From assembly GCA_040751795.1 (NCBI GenBank), contig JBFMHR010000005.1, forward strand, positions 64,001 through 128,000: DNA of 64,000 nucleotides, written 5' to 3'. This stretch comes from Thermoplasmatota archaeon (GTDB lineage: Archaea > Thermoplasmatota > Thermoplasmata > UBA10834). Under the pieces are notes generated by a model. That model did no database searches. It saw nothing but the letters and a program-made list of their open reading frames with translations, and was not told the origin of the DNA. How positions within the stretch are numbered: position 1 is the first letter of the stretch; the number at the start of each line of letters is the position of its first letter. A program made the position numbers and the translations under genes. Below, in pieces: positions 28,178 through 35,948 of this stretch.

Positions 28178-28552
28178 TCAGAAGGTCAAAACGGCATCGT
28201 ACTCGAGCACGAGGTCGTTCAGGGTCGCGGCGCCCACGACCTTCACGGGCGGCTCGAACTCCTCGGGCGAGGCCTTGGTCCCCCAGAGCTGCGCGCTCTG
28301 GGCGCAGGCGAACATCTCGACGCCCGCGGCCGCGGCCTGGTCCATGACCTCCTTGAGGCTGGGGAAGTCGCCCATCCTGACCTTCGCGGGCTCGCCCCTC
28401 CTCACGCCGAGGATCCCCTTCGCGAGGAAGTAGACCGCGGCGTCGACGCCCATGGCCTTCGCCGTGGACGCCAGTATGAACGGGGAGTAGAGCCTCTCGG
28501 GCGTGTCCGGTCCTGATGTCTGCACATAGAGTATCTTCTTCGCCAATTCCAT
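28178..28552 (-). CDS. DsrE/DsrF-like sulfur relay protein
   Basis: TSGP..PER...PF..A..A.AM, V.F...G, GVEMFACAQS (conserved Cys), VGAAT, VLTF*. Confidence 0.88.
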   Translation of the reverse strand: MELAKKILYVQTSGPDTPERLYSPFILASTAKAMGVDAAVYFLAKGILGVRRGEPAKVRMGDFPSLKEVMDQAAAAGVEMFACAQSAQLWGTKASPEEFEPPVKVVGAATLNDLVLEYDAVLTF

Positions 28553-28574
28553 CTCCTCCCTGAATGGTGCGGGC

Positions 28575-28829
28575 TCAGGTCGTCCGTCTGATCAGAAACC
28601 GGAACCCGCCGTCCCTCCTCTCGACGGAGAGGAGCTCGTGGCCCGCGTGCTTGGCCCAGCTCCTTATGTCGGAGTCGGAGGCTGGGTCGTCTGCCAGGAC
28701 TTCCAGGACCTGTCCAACCTGGACCATCGAGATTTCCTCTCTGGTCCTGAACACCGGTTCCGGACAGTAGAGACCGATGCAGTCGAGGGTCTTGGTGGGT
28801 CGGGGGAATCCTTCGCCTCTATCAGGCAT
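28575..28829 (-). CDS. tusA: TusA/SirA sulfur carrier
   Basis: LDCIGLYCPEP (CPxP), LEVLADDPAS..DI..WA...GH. Confidence 0.93.
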   Translation of the reverse strand: MPDRGEGFPRPTKTLDCIGLYCPEPVFRTREEISMVQVGQVLEVLADDPASDSDIRSWAKHAGHELLSVERRDGGFRFLIRRTT

Positions 28830-28860
28830 GACTTCTCCTGGCCGATCTGACAGACGACCT

Positions 28861-28893
28861 TACTACTAATAACAGCGTTACTAATAATCCTTT
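28861..28893 (-). promoter_or_regulatory. Promoter/operator of tusA-dsrE-iscS
   Basis: Exact 9-bp direct repeat TACTAATAA at 28864-28872 and 28879-28887, with a near-palindrome TAAC-AGC-GTTA between them. Confidence 0.5.
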
Positions 28894-28947
28894 CCGTTGA
28901 TATCAGTTACGCCTTGCCGTCGCGGGGGCATATCACAGCGTATAGCG

Positions 28948-29673
28948 TCAAGAAATGGTCATCGCGACCCTTCCCAACCTGCCCGCGAACCTCTTCGTGC
29001 CGAAGCCGACGCTCCTCTTCCTGAACGGGGCGGGGAGGTCGTCCGAGTGCCCCGTGGCGATCACCCTCAGCGCGGCGAGCCCGGTCGGCGTCGCCCTCTC
29101 CCCGGGGTGGTCCCCGGGCGTGTGCGCGAGCCCCCTCAGCAGGAAGGCGGCGGCGGGCGCGGGCACCCTGAAGGTGCCGTGGGACGTGGCCGTGACGCCG
29201 CGCCCGGTGGTGACGGTCGTGCACAGGACCTGCTCCCCCGGAGGGGCGACCATCGGCGCGACGAGCCCTATCCCCGCGATGTTCAGAAGCGCCTGAGGCC
29301 TCCCTATCTCGTGCAGGTGGACCTGCTCCGGCGGGAGGCCGTGCGCGTCCGACTCGGCCTCGAAGATCCGGTCGAGTATCCTCACGGCCACCTTGCCGTC
29401 CGAGCCCAGGAGCCGCGACATCGAAGAGACGGCCGAGTAGGCGTCGGCGTGGGACAGCGTCGGCGCGTGGTCCCCCCCCGCGACGTAGGAGACCGCGAGG
29501 CCTCTCTCTCCTTCCTCCTCGATCTCCGAGCAGTGGAACCCGACCCCGTGGGCGTCGGCGGCGCGTGACATCCTGCGGACGACGTCCTCCGACCGCTCGG
29601 GCTCAAGCAGCCCTATCGATGCGGCTAGGAGCATGTCGGCGGAGAGCCCCTCGCGGGCGTCGATGTGCAGCAC
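28948..29673 (-). CDS. larC: LarC-like nickel-insertion protein, N-terminal domain only, diverged
   Basis: D...G.S.DM.L.A, AE..AHG...E.VH.HE.G, HG...VPAPA...LL, E..TPTG.A.L, G.G.K.F motifs. It ends at 241 aa without the C-terminal domain. Confidence 0.8.
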   Translation of the reverse strand: MLHIDAREGLSADMLLAASIGLLEPERSEDVVRRMSRAADAHGVGFHCSEIEEEGERGLAVSYVAGGDHAPTLSHADAYSAVSSMSRLLGSDGKVAVRILDRIFEAESDAHGLPPEQVHLHEIGRPQALLNIAGIGLVAPMVAPPGEQVLCTTVTTGRGVTATSHGTFRVPAPAAAFLLRGLAHTPGDHPGERATPTGLAALRVIATGHSDDLPAPFRKRSVGFGTKRFAGRLGRVAMTIS

Positions 29674-29725
29674 GGCTCCGAGAACATGGGCGCGGGAGAT
29701 AACCGTTGCGGGAGGCGCCCGCCCC

Positions 29726-30568
29726 TCACTGCTTGGCCTTGACCTTCCTGGTCTTGAGCTTCTTCTGCCTCAGCGCCGGTGCCGGCGACGGCACAGGTGA
29801 GGCCGCGGGCGGCGGGGCCGGCTCCCTCGCCTCGGCCGGCTCCTCCGCCGCCTCCTGCGGGACGGCCTCCTCGGGGGCGGGGGTGGGCTGCGGCTCGGGG
29901 ACGGGCTCGGGCTGGGGCGCAGGCTCCTGGACGGGCGCCTCGACGACGGGCTCGGGCACCGGCTCCGGCCTCGGCTCCTCGGCGGGCTGCACCGGCTCGG
30001 GCTGCGGCTGCGCCACGGGCTCCGGCTCCGCCTCGGGGACCCAGGGCTCCTGCCGCGGGGCCTCGGCCCGGGGCTCCTCCTTCGCCGGGGCGGCGGGCTG
30101 CTCCTCGGTCACGATGAACAGGGTGCCGCACTCCTCGCACCTGGCGGCGTCGGGCCTGACCAGGGCGGCGCACACGGGGCACTGGTAGCTGACGTCGTCG
30201 AGGAACCCGGCCCCGCACTTGGGGCACGTCTCCTCGGTCCCGTCGAGCATCCACGAGCACCGCGGGCAGCTCAGGCGCTTGTCCTCCTGCTTGACCTGGG
30301 CCGCCTCGAAGCTGATGATCTCCGTCAGGAGCATGTCTATGCTCTCCTCGGAGTGGGCGCGCTCCGTCCTCCGGCTGAACTCGGCGTATGAGACCCTGCA
30401 CGCCGGGCACCTCGGCGAAGTGGCGGGCACGAGCTCCCCGCAGAACGGGCACTCGAACCTGGTGTCGGGCCCGAACTTGGAGCCGCACCTCGGGCACGCC
30501 TCCTCCGAGCCGGAGACCCTGAACCCGCAGACCGGGCAGCCGAACAGTTGCTTCCTCTGGGTGGTCAT
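29726..30568 (-). CDS. Multi-zinc-ribbon protein with a Pro/Glu-rich linker and basic tail
   Basis: Eight CxxC motifs (CPVC, CPRC, CPFC, CPAC, CPRC, CPKC, CPVC, CEEC), then (EP)-rich low complexity. Confidence 0.85.
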   Translation of the reverse strand: MTTQRKQLFGCPVCGFRVSGSEEACPRCGSKFGPDTRFECPFCGELVPATSPRCPACRVSYAEFSRRTERAHSEESIDMLLTEIISFEAAQVKQEDKRLSCPRCSWMLDGTEETCPKCGAGFLDDVSYQCPVCAALVRPDAARCEECGTLFIVTEEQPAAPAKEEPRAEAPRQEPWVPEAEPEPVAQPQPEPVQPAEEPRPEPVPEPVVEAPVQEPAPQPEPVPEPQPTPAPEEAVPQEAAEEPAEAREPAPPPAASPVPSPAPALRQKKLKTRKVKAKQ

Positions 30569-30780
30569 CGCAGACTGCCAATCCTTCCGATACGCTTCCC
30601 GACTTAAACACTTTCGGTATATGATGCTACCCCCTCACCCAGCGGCCCTGGCGGGGCCAGAGTTCGAAAGGGATATATCGGCGCTAAGGCATCACACACC
30701 CTGGCACGGGCATGCGCGGACCGCCCACAGCGGCGGCGCACGTCCCGGCCGGGCGTCATCGAGGTGAACGATTGGGTCCA

Positions 30781-31485
30781 GTGTCGAAGGTGATCAGTGC
30801 AGCGCTCGTCATCGCCTCGCTCTCCTCGGTCCTGCTCGCATCAGGATGCGGCGATGGGGGGGGCCCTGCGCCTGCCAAGTCGATGGACGCGACCACGGAC
30901 CCGGTCGCGGTCATATCGCCGCTCCCTGAGACGATCTCCAACGGGACCCGCTACGAGCTGAACGCGACGGACTCATACGACTACAACGGGACGCTCGTGG
31001 GGTACGTCTGGGAGATAGTGCACGGGGACGACACCTGGTACCTGTACGGCAGCATCGACTACTTCTGGTTCCGAGACGAGGGCCTGTACAGGATCACCCT
31101 GACGGTCGAGGACCTCTGGGGCAACACGGACGACGCCTTCACGGCCGTCATCTCCGTGGACGACTCCGACTTCGACGGGATGCCGGACTGGTGGGAGATG
31201 GCCTACTTCGACACGCTCGGGGAGGAGCCCGCGGACGACTACGAGGGGGACGGCTACTCCAACCTCCGCGAGTACGCCGACGGGACCGACCCGACGGTAG
31301 TGGACCCGCCGGAGACGGGATTCGAGCTCATCCAGGACAACTGGGTTTACATAGCGGCCATCGTGGCCGCGGCCGTCGCAGCCGCGGCGGCCCTCTACGT
31401 GCGCTCCAAGAGGAGGCAGAAGGAGCGCGAGGAGAAGAAGATCGAGATCGCCATCGAGCTGGAGAAGAGCCTCGACGAGGAGTGA
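30781..31485 (+). CDS. Membrane-anchored PKD-domain protein with a Ca-binding DxDxDG-type repeat
   Basis: Signal/lipobox-like LLASGC; L.A.DSYD..G....Y.W and G.Y.ITLTV.D..G (PKD); DSDFDGMPD.WE and GDGYSNL.EY..GTDP; C-terminal TM plus basic residues. Confidence 0.8.
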   Translation: MSKVISAALVIASLSSVLLASGCGDGGGPAPAKSMDATTDPVAVISPLPETISNGTRYELNATDSYDYNGTLVGYVWEIVHGDDTWYLYGSIDYFWFRDEGLYRITLTVEDLWGNTDDAFTAVISVDDSDFDGMPDWWEMAYFDTLGEEPADDYEGDGYSNLREYADGTDPTVVDPPETGFELIQDNWVYIAAIVAAAVAAAAALYVRSKRRQKEREEKKIEIAIELEKSLDEE

Positions 31486-31487
31486 GC

Positions 31488-32279
31488 TCAGAGGGTCAGG
31501 AGAAGCACGGCCGCCCCGACCGCAGCGCAGTACACGCCGAACACCCATAGCTTCCTGGCCCGCACCGCCTTGAGCAGGTATCCTATCGCAGCGAAGCCGG
31601 TGACGAACGCCGCGGCGGCGCCGAGGACGAGGGAGAGCGCGTCGACGTCGTACCTTTCGAGGGTCGTGAGTCCGTAGGCGGACGCCCCGACCAGGGCCGG
31701 GACGGACAGGAGGAAGGCGAACGTCGCCGCGGCCTCCTTCTCGAGGCCCGAGAGCATCCCCCCCGACAATGTGGAGCCGCTCCTGGATATGCCAGGCACT
31801 ATGGACGCCGCCTGGAGCAGCCCCGCGGCGAGGGCGTCCCTCCCCTGCGCGGTCCCCCTCTTGGCGCCCCTCCCGAGCCTCTCCGAGACGAGGAGCACGG
31901 CAGCGTTGACGATGAGGGCGGCCCCGACCAGCGGCAGGGTGAATATCTCCTCAGCGCGGTCCGACAGTAGGAGGCCCACGACGGCGACAGGTATGGTGCC
32001 CAGGACCAGGAGGAGGCCGAGCCTCCTGAGCCCCTTCGCCTCGTCCCCCCTGTCCCCGGGCCTGGCGAGGGCGAGGAGTATCCTCCAGAGCTGCCTCCTG
32101 AAGTAGACGCAGACCGCAAGGAGCGTGCCCATGTGGACGGCGAGGTCGAAGACGAGGTTCTCCGACGCCTCCAGCCCGAGGAGCTCCTGGGCTATGACGA
32201 GGTGCCCGGAGCTGGATATCGGGAGCCACTCGGTGATGCCCTGGACTATCCCCAGGATGAGCGCTTGGAGCGCGTCCAT
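31488..32279 (-). CDS. uppP: Undecaprenyl/polyprenyl-diphosphate phosphatase (BacA)
   Basis: LGIVQGITEWLPISSSGHL, PGISRSGST, FAFLLS.P. Confidence 0.95.
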   Translation of the reverse strand: MDALQALILGIVQGITEWLPISSSGHLVIAQELLGLEASENLVFDLAVHMGTLLAVCVYFRRQLWRILLALARPGDRGDEAKGLRRLGLLLVLGTIPVAVVGLLLSDRAEEIFTLPLVGAALIVNAAVLLVSERLGRGAKRGTAQGRDALAAGLLQAASIVPGISRSGSTLSGGMLSGLEKEAAATFAFLLSVPALVGASAYGLTTLERYDVDALSLVLGAAAAFVTGFAAIGYLLKAVRARKLWVFGVYCAAVGAAVLLLTL

Positions 32280-32462
32280 GCCAGTGGCTGAGGCGCGTGT
32301 CCCCTATTCAACCTTGCGAGCGCCTGCCTCGTTATCCAAACTGAGATTGCAGGGATAACGTATTTATCTCCACGAATAGGTAAGTCGGCCTAGCGCGGAG
32401 CCAGCGGAGGCGTGGCTAACACGCTGGCCCACGTGACGACCTGCGCGACCAAAGGTGCACCG

Positions 32463-34622
32463 ATGCGGCTAGCGTTGTTCATGAGCGTCATATTCTCGTT
32501 GGCCATAGTGCTGGCGGGACCAGTGCAGCCCACGCCGCCGGAGTCGCACGTCCAGAACGTCGTCGCCGAAGTCGCCGCCGACATAGACCAATCCGTCTCA
32601 GAGGTGGTGGTCGAGGTCGCAGGACCCGACGCCTACGACGCGGTCGAGTCGCTCGTGCTGTCGGGCGGCGCTTCGATCAGCTACTCGTCCAGGGCGACCG
32701 GGATCATGTCCGTCTCCATGGACGGCGCCCGTGAGGGCCTGGTCGACGAGATCTCCGCGGTCCAGGGCGTCGTCAGCGTCTCCCCCGAGAGGAAGGCGCG
32801 GCTGCTCTTCGACCCGGACGACCCGTGGACCTCCTACCAGTGGGCGCTGGACGAGGTCGAGGCATATGACGCGTGGGACATCGACCTGGGCAGCCACGAC
32901 GTCATCGTCGCGGTGCTCGACACGGGCATAGACTGGAACCACGCGGACATCTCCCCCAACATCTGGTCCAACGGCGACGGCTACCACGGGTACAACTTCA
33001 TCGACGACAACTGGTTCCCCATGGACGACAACGTCAACGGCTACGACGAGAACGGGGACTGGGTCGCCAACATGTACACCTACCACGGGACGCACGTCGC
33101 GGGCGTGGTCGGGGCCGCCACCGACAACGGCATAGGCATGGCGGGCCTGGCCCAGGTCCGCCTGATGGCCGTGAAGGTGATGAACGACTCCGGCGAGGGG
33201 ACCGACTCCACCGTCGCGAGCGGGATAAGGTGGGCGACGGACAACGGCGCCCACGTCATAGTCATGAGCCTCGGCGTCGAGGGAATCTCCCTGCCCCTGC
33301 AGAACGCCGTCAACTACGCCGCCAGCAGGGGGGTCGTCCTGGTCGCCGCCGCGGGCAACGACGGGACCAGCGTCCTCAGCTACCCGGCCGCGTTCCTGAA
33401 CGTCATCGCCGTGGGCGCGATAGACGACACCGAGCGCAGGGCGAGCTTCAGCAACTTCGGCACCGAGCTGGACGTCGTGGCCCCCGGCGTGAACATCTAC
33501 TCCACCCAGGGCGGCGGGAGCTACCAGTACCTGTCGGGCACATCCGCGGCCGCGCCGCACGTGGCGGCCGTGGCCGCCCTCATGCTCACCGTGAACCCGG
33601 CCCTCACCCCCGAGGACGTCGGGCAGATCATCAACGAGACCGCGAACGACCTGAGCATCCCCGGCTGGGACACGGGCACGGGGTGGGGCGTCGTGAGCGC
33701 CTTCGGGGCGATAGAGGCGGTCGCGGACCCGACCGTGACCATCACGGACTTCCCGGAGTACGTCGAGCCGAACGGCACCTATTCGATCACATGGCTCGTG
33801 AGCGGGGGCGACCCCGGCACGATCACCGACACGTACCTCCAGTGGGGCTTCGCCTCCGGCGACGTCGACGGGACGTCGGGCTCCTTCTCCGGCACGACCT
33901 GGGCCGAGTTCACCGTCGAGGGGCTGCCCTCCCTCCCGGGCAACGGGACGATCTACCTCACCGCCTTCGCGGTCGTCGACGGGACCACCTACTCCTCGGA
34001 GGAGCTGGAGATACCCGTCATGGAGGCCCCGGACGACAACCTCTTCATGCAGTTCATCCGGGACGTCCAGGACTTCATATTCGACGAGCTGGGGGTGTTG
34101 AACTTCCTCCTCATCATGTGCGTCCTCGTCGCCGTCCCGGTCATAGCGGTCGTGGCCAGGTCGAGGAGCCGCAGGCTCGCCGCCGCGAGGGCGAGGGCCG
34201 AGGCCGTCAGGCTGGCCCAGGCCCGCTCGACCCTCGAGGGGTACCAGCAGGTCCAGGGGGGCCCGCGCCTCCCGCCGCCACCGCCCCCGCCGCCGAGGTT
34301 CGAGGCGTACGTGGACATCGTCGGCTCGAACGTCGTGCCGCAGGTCGTGAAGGTGGTCGAGGGGACCAAGGTCGTGTGGGTGAACAGGACCTGGGCCCCG
34401 CCGCCCGGCTCGAGCGTGAAGAGCGGGACGGTCGACGCCTCGGGGGAGCACCACGACGGCCTGTTCTCGAGCGGCCTCCTCATAGCGCCGGGGGACTACT
34501 GGAGCTGCACCTTCCACAGGGCGGGCGAGTACCCCTACTACCTCACGAACGTGTGGAGGTCGGGAACTGTGATTGTGGAACGATATAGAGACTCCCCGCA
34601 ATCGAGTAGTCCTGACGCCTGA
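32463..34622 (+). CDS. Membrane-anchored subtilisin (S8) protease with a C-terminal cupredoxin-like domain
   Basis: Signal peptide, propeptide, AVLDTG / HGTHVAG / AAAGN / GTSAAAPHVA, TM helix, poly-Pro, then a plastocyanin-like beta pattern. The ORF track starts it at 32412. Confidence 0.9.
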   Translation: MRLALFMSVIFSLAIVLAGPVQPTPPESHVQNVVAEVAADIDQSVSEVVVEVAGPDAYDAVESLVLSGGASISYSSRATGIMSVSMDGAREGLVDEISAVQGVVSVSPERKARLLFDPDDPWTSYQWALDEVEAYDAWDIDLGSHDVIVAVLDTGIDWNHADISPNIWSNGDGYHGYNFIDDNWFPMDDNVNGYDENGDWVANMYTYHGTHVAGVVGAATDNGIGMAGLAQVRLMAVKVMNDSGEGTDSTVASGIRWATDNGAHVIVMSLGVEGISLPLQNAVNYAASRGVVLVAAAGNDGTSVLSYPAAFLNVIAVGAIDDTERRASFSNFGTELDVVAPGVNIYSTQGGGSYQYLSGTSAAAPHVAAVAALMLTVNPALTPEDVGQIINETANDLSIPGWDTGTGWGVVSAFGAIEAVADPTVTITDFPEYVEPNGTYSITWLVSGGDPGTITDTYLQWGFASGDVDGTSGSFSGTTWAEFTVEGLPSLPGNGTIYLTAFAVVDGTTYSSEELEIPVMEAPDDNLFMQFIRDVQDFIFDELGVLNFLLIMCVLVAVPVIAVVARSRSRRLAAARARAEAVRLAQARSTLEGYQQVQGGPRLPPPPPPPPRFEAYVDIVGSNVVPQVVKVVEGTKVVWVNRTWAPPPGSSVKSGTVDASGEHHDGLFSSGLLIAPGDYWSCTFHRAGEYPYYLTNVWRSGTVIVERYRDSPQSSSPDA

Positions 34623-34708
34623 TATCGAGTTCTATCTTGAGTACTGTCCAGATTCGAGAGTCACACATCTGGAGCAACTATGCGGCTTCTTCTATCACCT
34701 CAATCCAC

Positions 34709-35644
34709 TTACTGACCCGGCTCCCAAGTGAATCTGGAAGTGATGGTATCGCACCTTGAACAAGGAGAGAGGTTTCTTCTGCCATTCGTATTCAATTCGT
34801 TTCTGATCCTCGCTAGCTGTTTCCCTCTCCAGATATCGATCATTGTCTCTTTGTTCATATCGCCAACGATGTTCTCATAATAGACATCATTGCAGCAAAT
34901 ATGGACGAGTCCAGAGGAATTGACATTGAATTGTCTGAATGGCCAACTGCACCATCTCTTCTGCGTTATCCAATCATCAACTCTCCATGTACTCTCTCCC
35001 AACCTGTTGGGTGCATTTCCTCCGCGCCTCGTCAGTCTTGCATTCTTGTCCCTGAGCTGAAAGACAATCGTCAAATCCTTTTCAATCTGAGTTCCGCGGA
35101 TATCTGAGAGCAATTGCTGCATTCTCGCGCTCATCTTCATGTCATCGGTATAGTCATTTATTCGCAGCAATGCCTTGCCATTCAGTCCATTGGAGTAAAG
35201 CTCAGTGAGCTTGTCAAAGTCGAGTAGTATGCCATTGGTCCATACCCCAATGCCTGCATGTGGTAAGTTCATCCTGATCTCGGATATGAACGACGCCATC
35301 CTTGAATCTAGCAGGGGTTCATTGTTATGGAACGGGTATATCCATCCCGTGTATCTGAGTTGCTTAAGTTGCCTCACTATCTCTGAGAATATCTCCTCCT
35401 TTAGATGGATGGGTTTCCGCTTATCAACATGCATATTTGCCGGGCAAAATGCGCAATCATTGTTGCATCGATTGAAGGTCTCAATCTCCACATGGTTGAA
35501 CAGAGGTGGATCATAGGGATTCCAGTTGCATGAATTCCTCTTAATCTCGCCGTGAACTGTGACTGCCAGTTCGGATATGAGGGGGATGTGATATCTCTTG
35601 AAGTAATGGAATGGTTGTTGCGTCTCGATTACCGTCACCGGCAA
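34709..35644 (-). CDS. Radical SAM/SPASM-domain protein on a low-GC islet
   Basis: CNNDCAFC, NEPLLD, TNG.LL, CSWPF...CCND...CSRC. Confidence 0.9.
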   Translation of the reverse strand: MPVTVIETQQPFHYFKRYHIPLISELAVTVHGEIKRNSCNWNPYDPPLFNHVEIETFNRCNNDCAFCPANMHVDKRKPIHLKEEIFSEIVRQLKQLRYTGWIYPFHNNEPLLDSRMASFISEIRMNLPHAGIGVWTNGILLDFDKLTELYSNGLNGKALLRINDYTDDMKMSARMQQLLSDIRGTQIEKDLTIVFQLRDKNARLTRRGGNAPNRLGESTWRVDDWITQKRWCSWPFRQFNVNSSGLVHICCNDVYYENIVGDMNKETMIDIWRGKQLARIRNELNTNGRRNLSPCSRCDTITSRFTWEPGQ

Positions 35645-35795
35645 GGCTATCAGATCCGTTCTCCCTTGCCAATGCCGTCCAGGTCTATGGATTTTGTGAT
35701 TGCCTGATACACGGGCACAGTTCGATTCCAGTGGCAGACGCCATCAAATGCATAAGATGGGTGGCTTCTGAAAACCATGTAAGAAGATTTGGGAA

Positions 35796-35933
35796 GTGAG
35801 CCCGCGCCCCGGGTCTGGACGCCTCCGAGCGCCTCGACGGCCGCGCAGACGAACGCTCGCGGTCGCCTGTGACGGGCCTCTGTCAGGGCCGCCTCGGCGC
35901 CTTTCAGCCTCCTTCGCTGGGATGCGGGCTCAC
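35796..35933. repeat. 138-bp GC-rich segment bounded by inverted repeats
   Basis: GTGAGCCCGCGCCCC (35796-35810) and GGGATGCGGGCTCAC (35919-35933): 10-bp perfect, 13/15 overall. Confidence 0.5.
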
Positions 35934-35948
35934 CTCATTTTGTTTCGG

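Noticed and set aside
28829-28950. Programmed frameshift from larC1 into larC2, as in Lactobacillus
   Set aside because: Only 118 bp remain before tusA, they look like a promoter, and no LarC C-domain sequence is present in any frame.
2530-31490. Palindromes at convergent gene ends (TGATCA at 2530 and 20311, CTAG at 17487, TGAGCTCA at 31483)
   Set aside because: They follow automatically from abutting stop codons in a compact genome.
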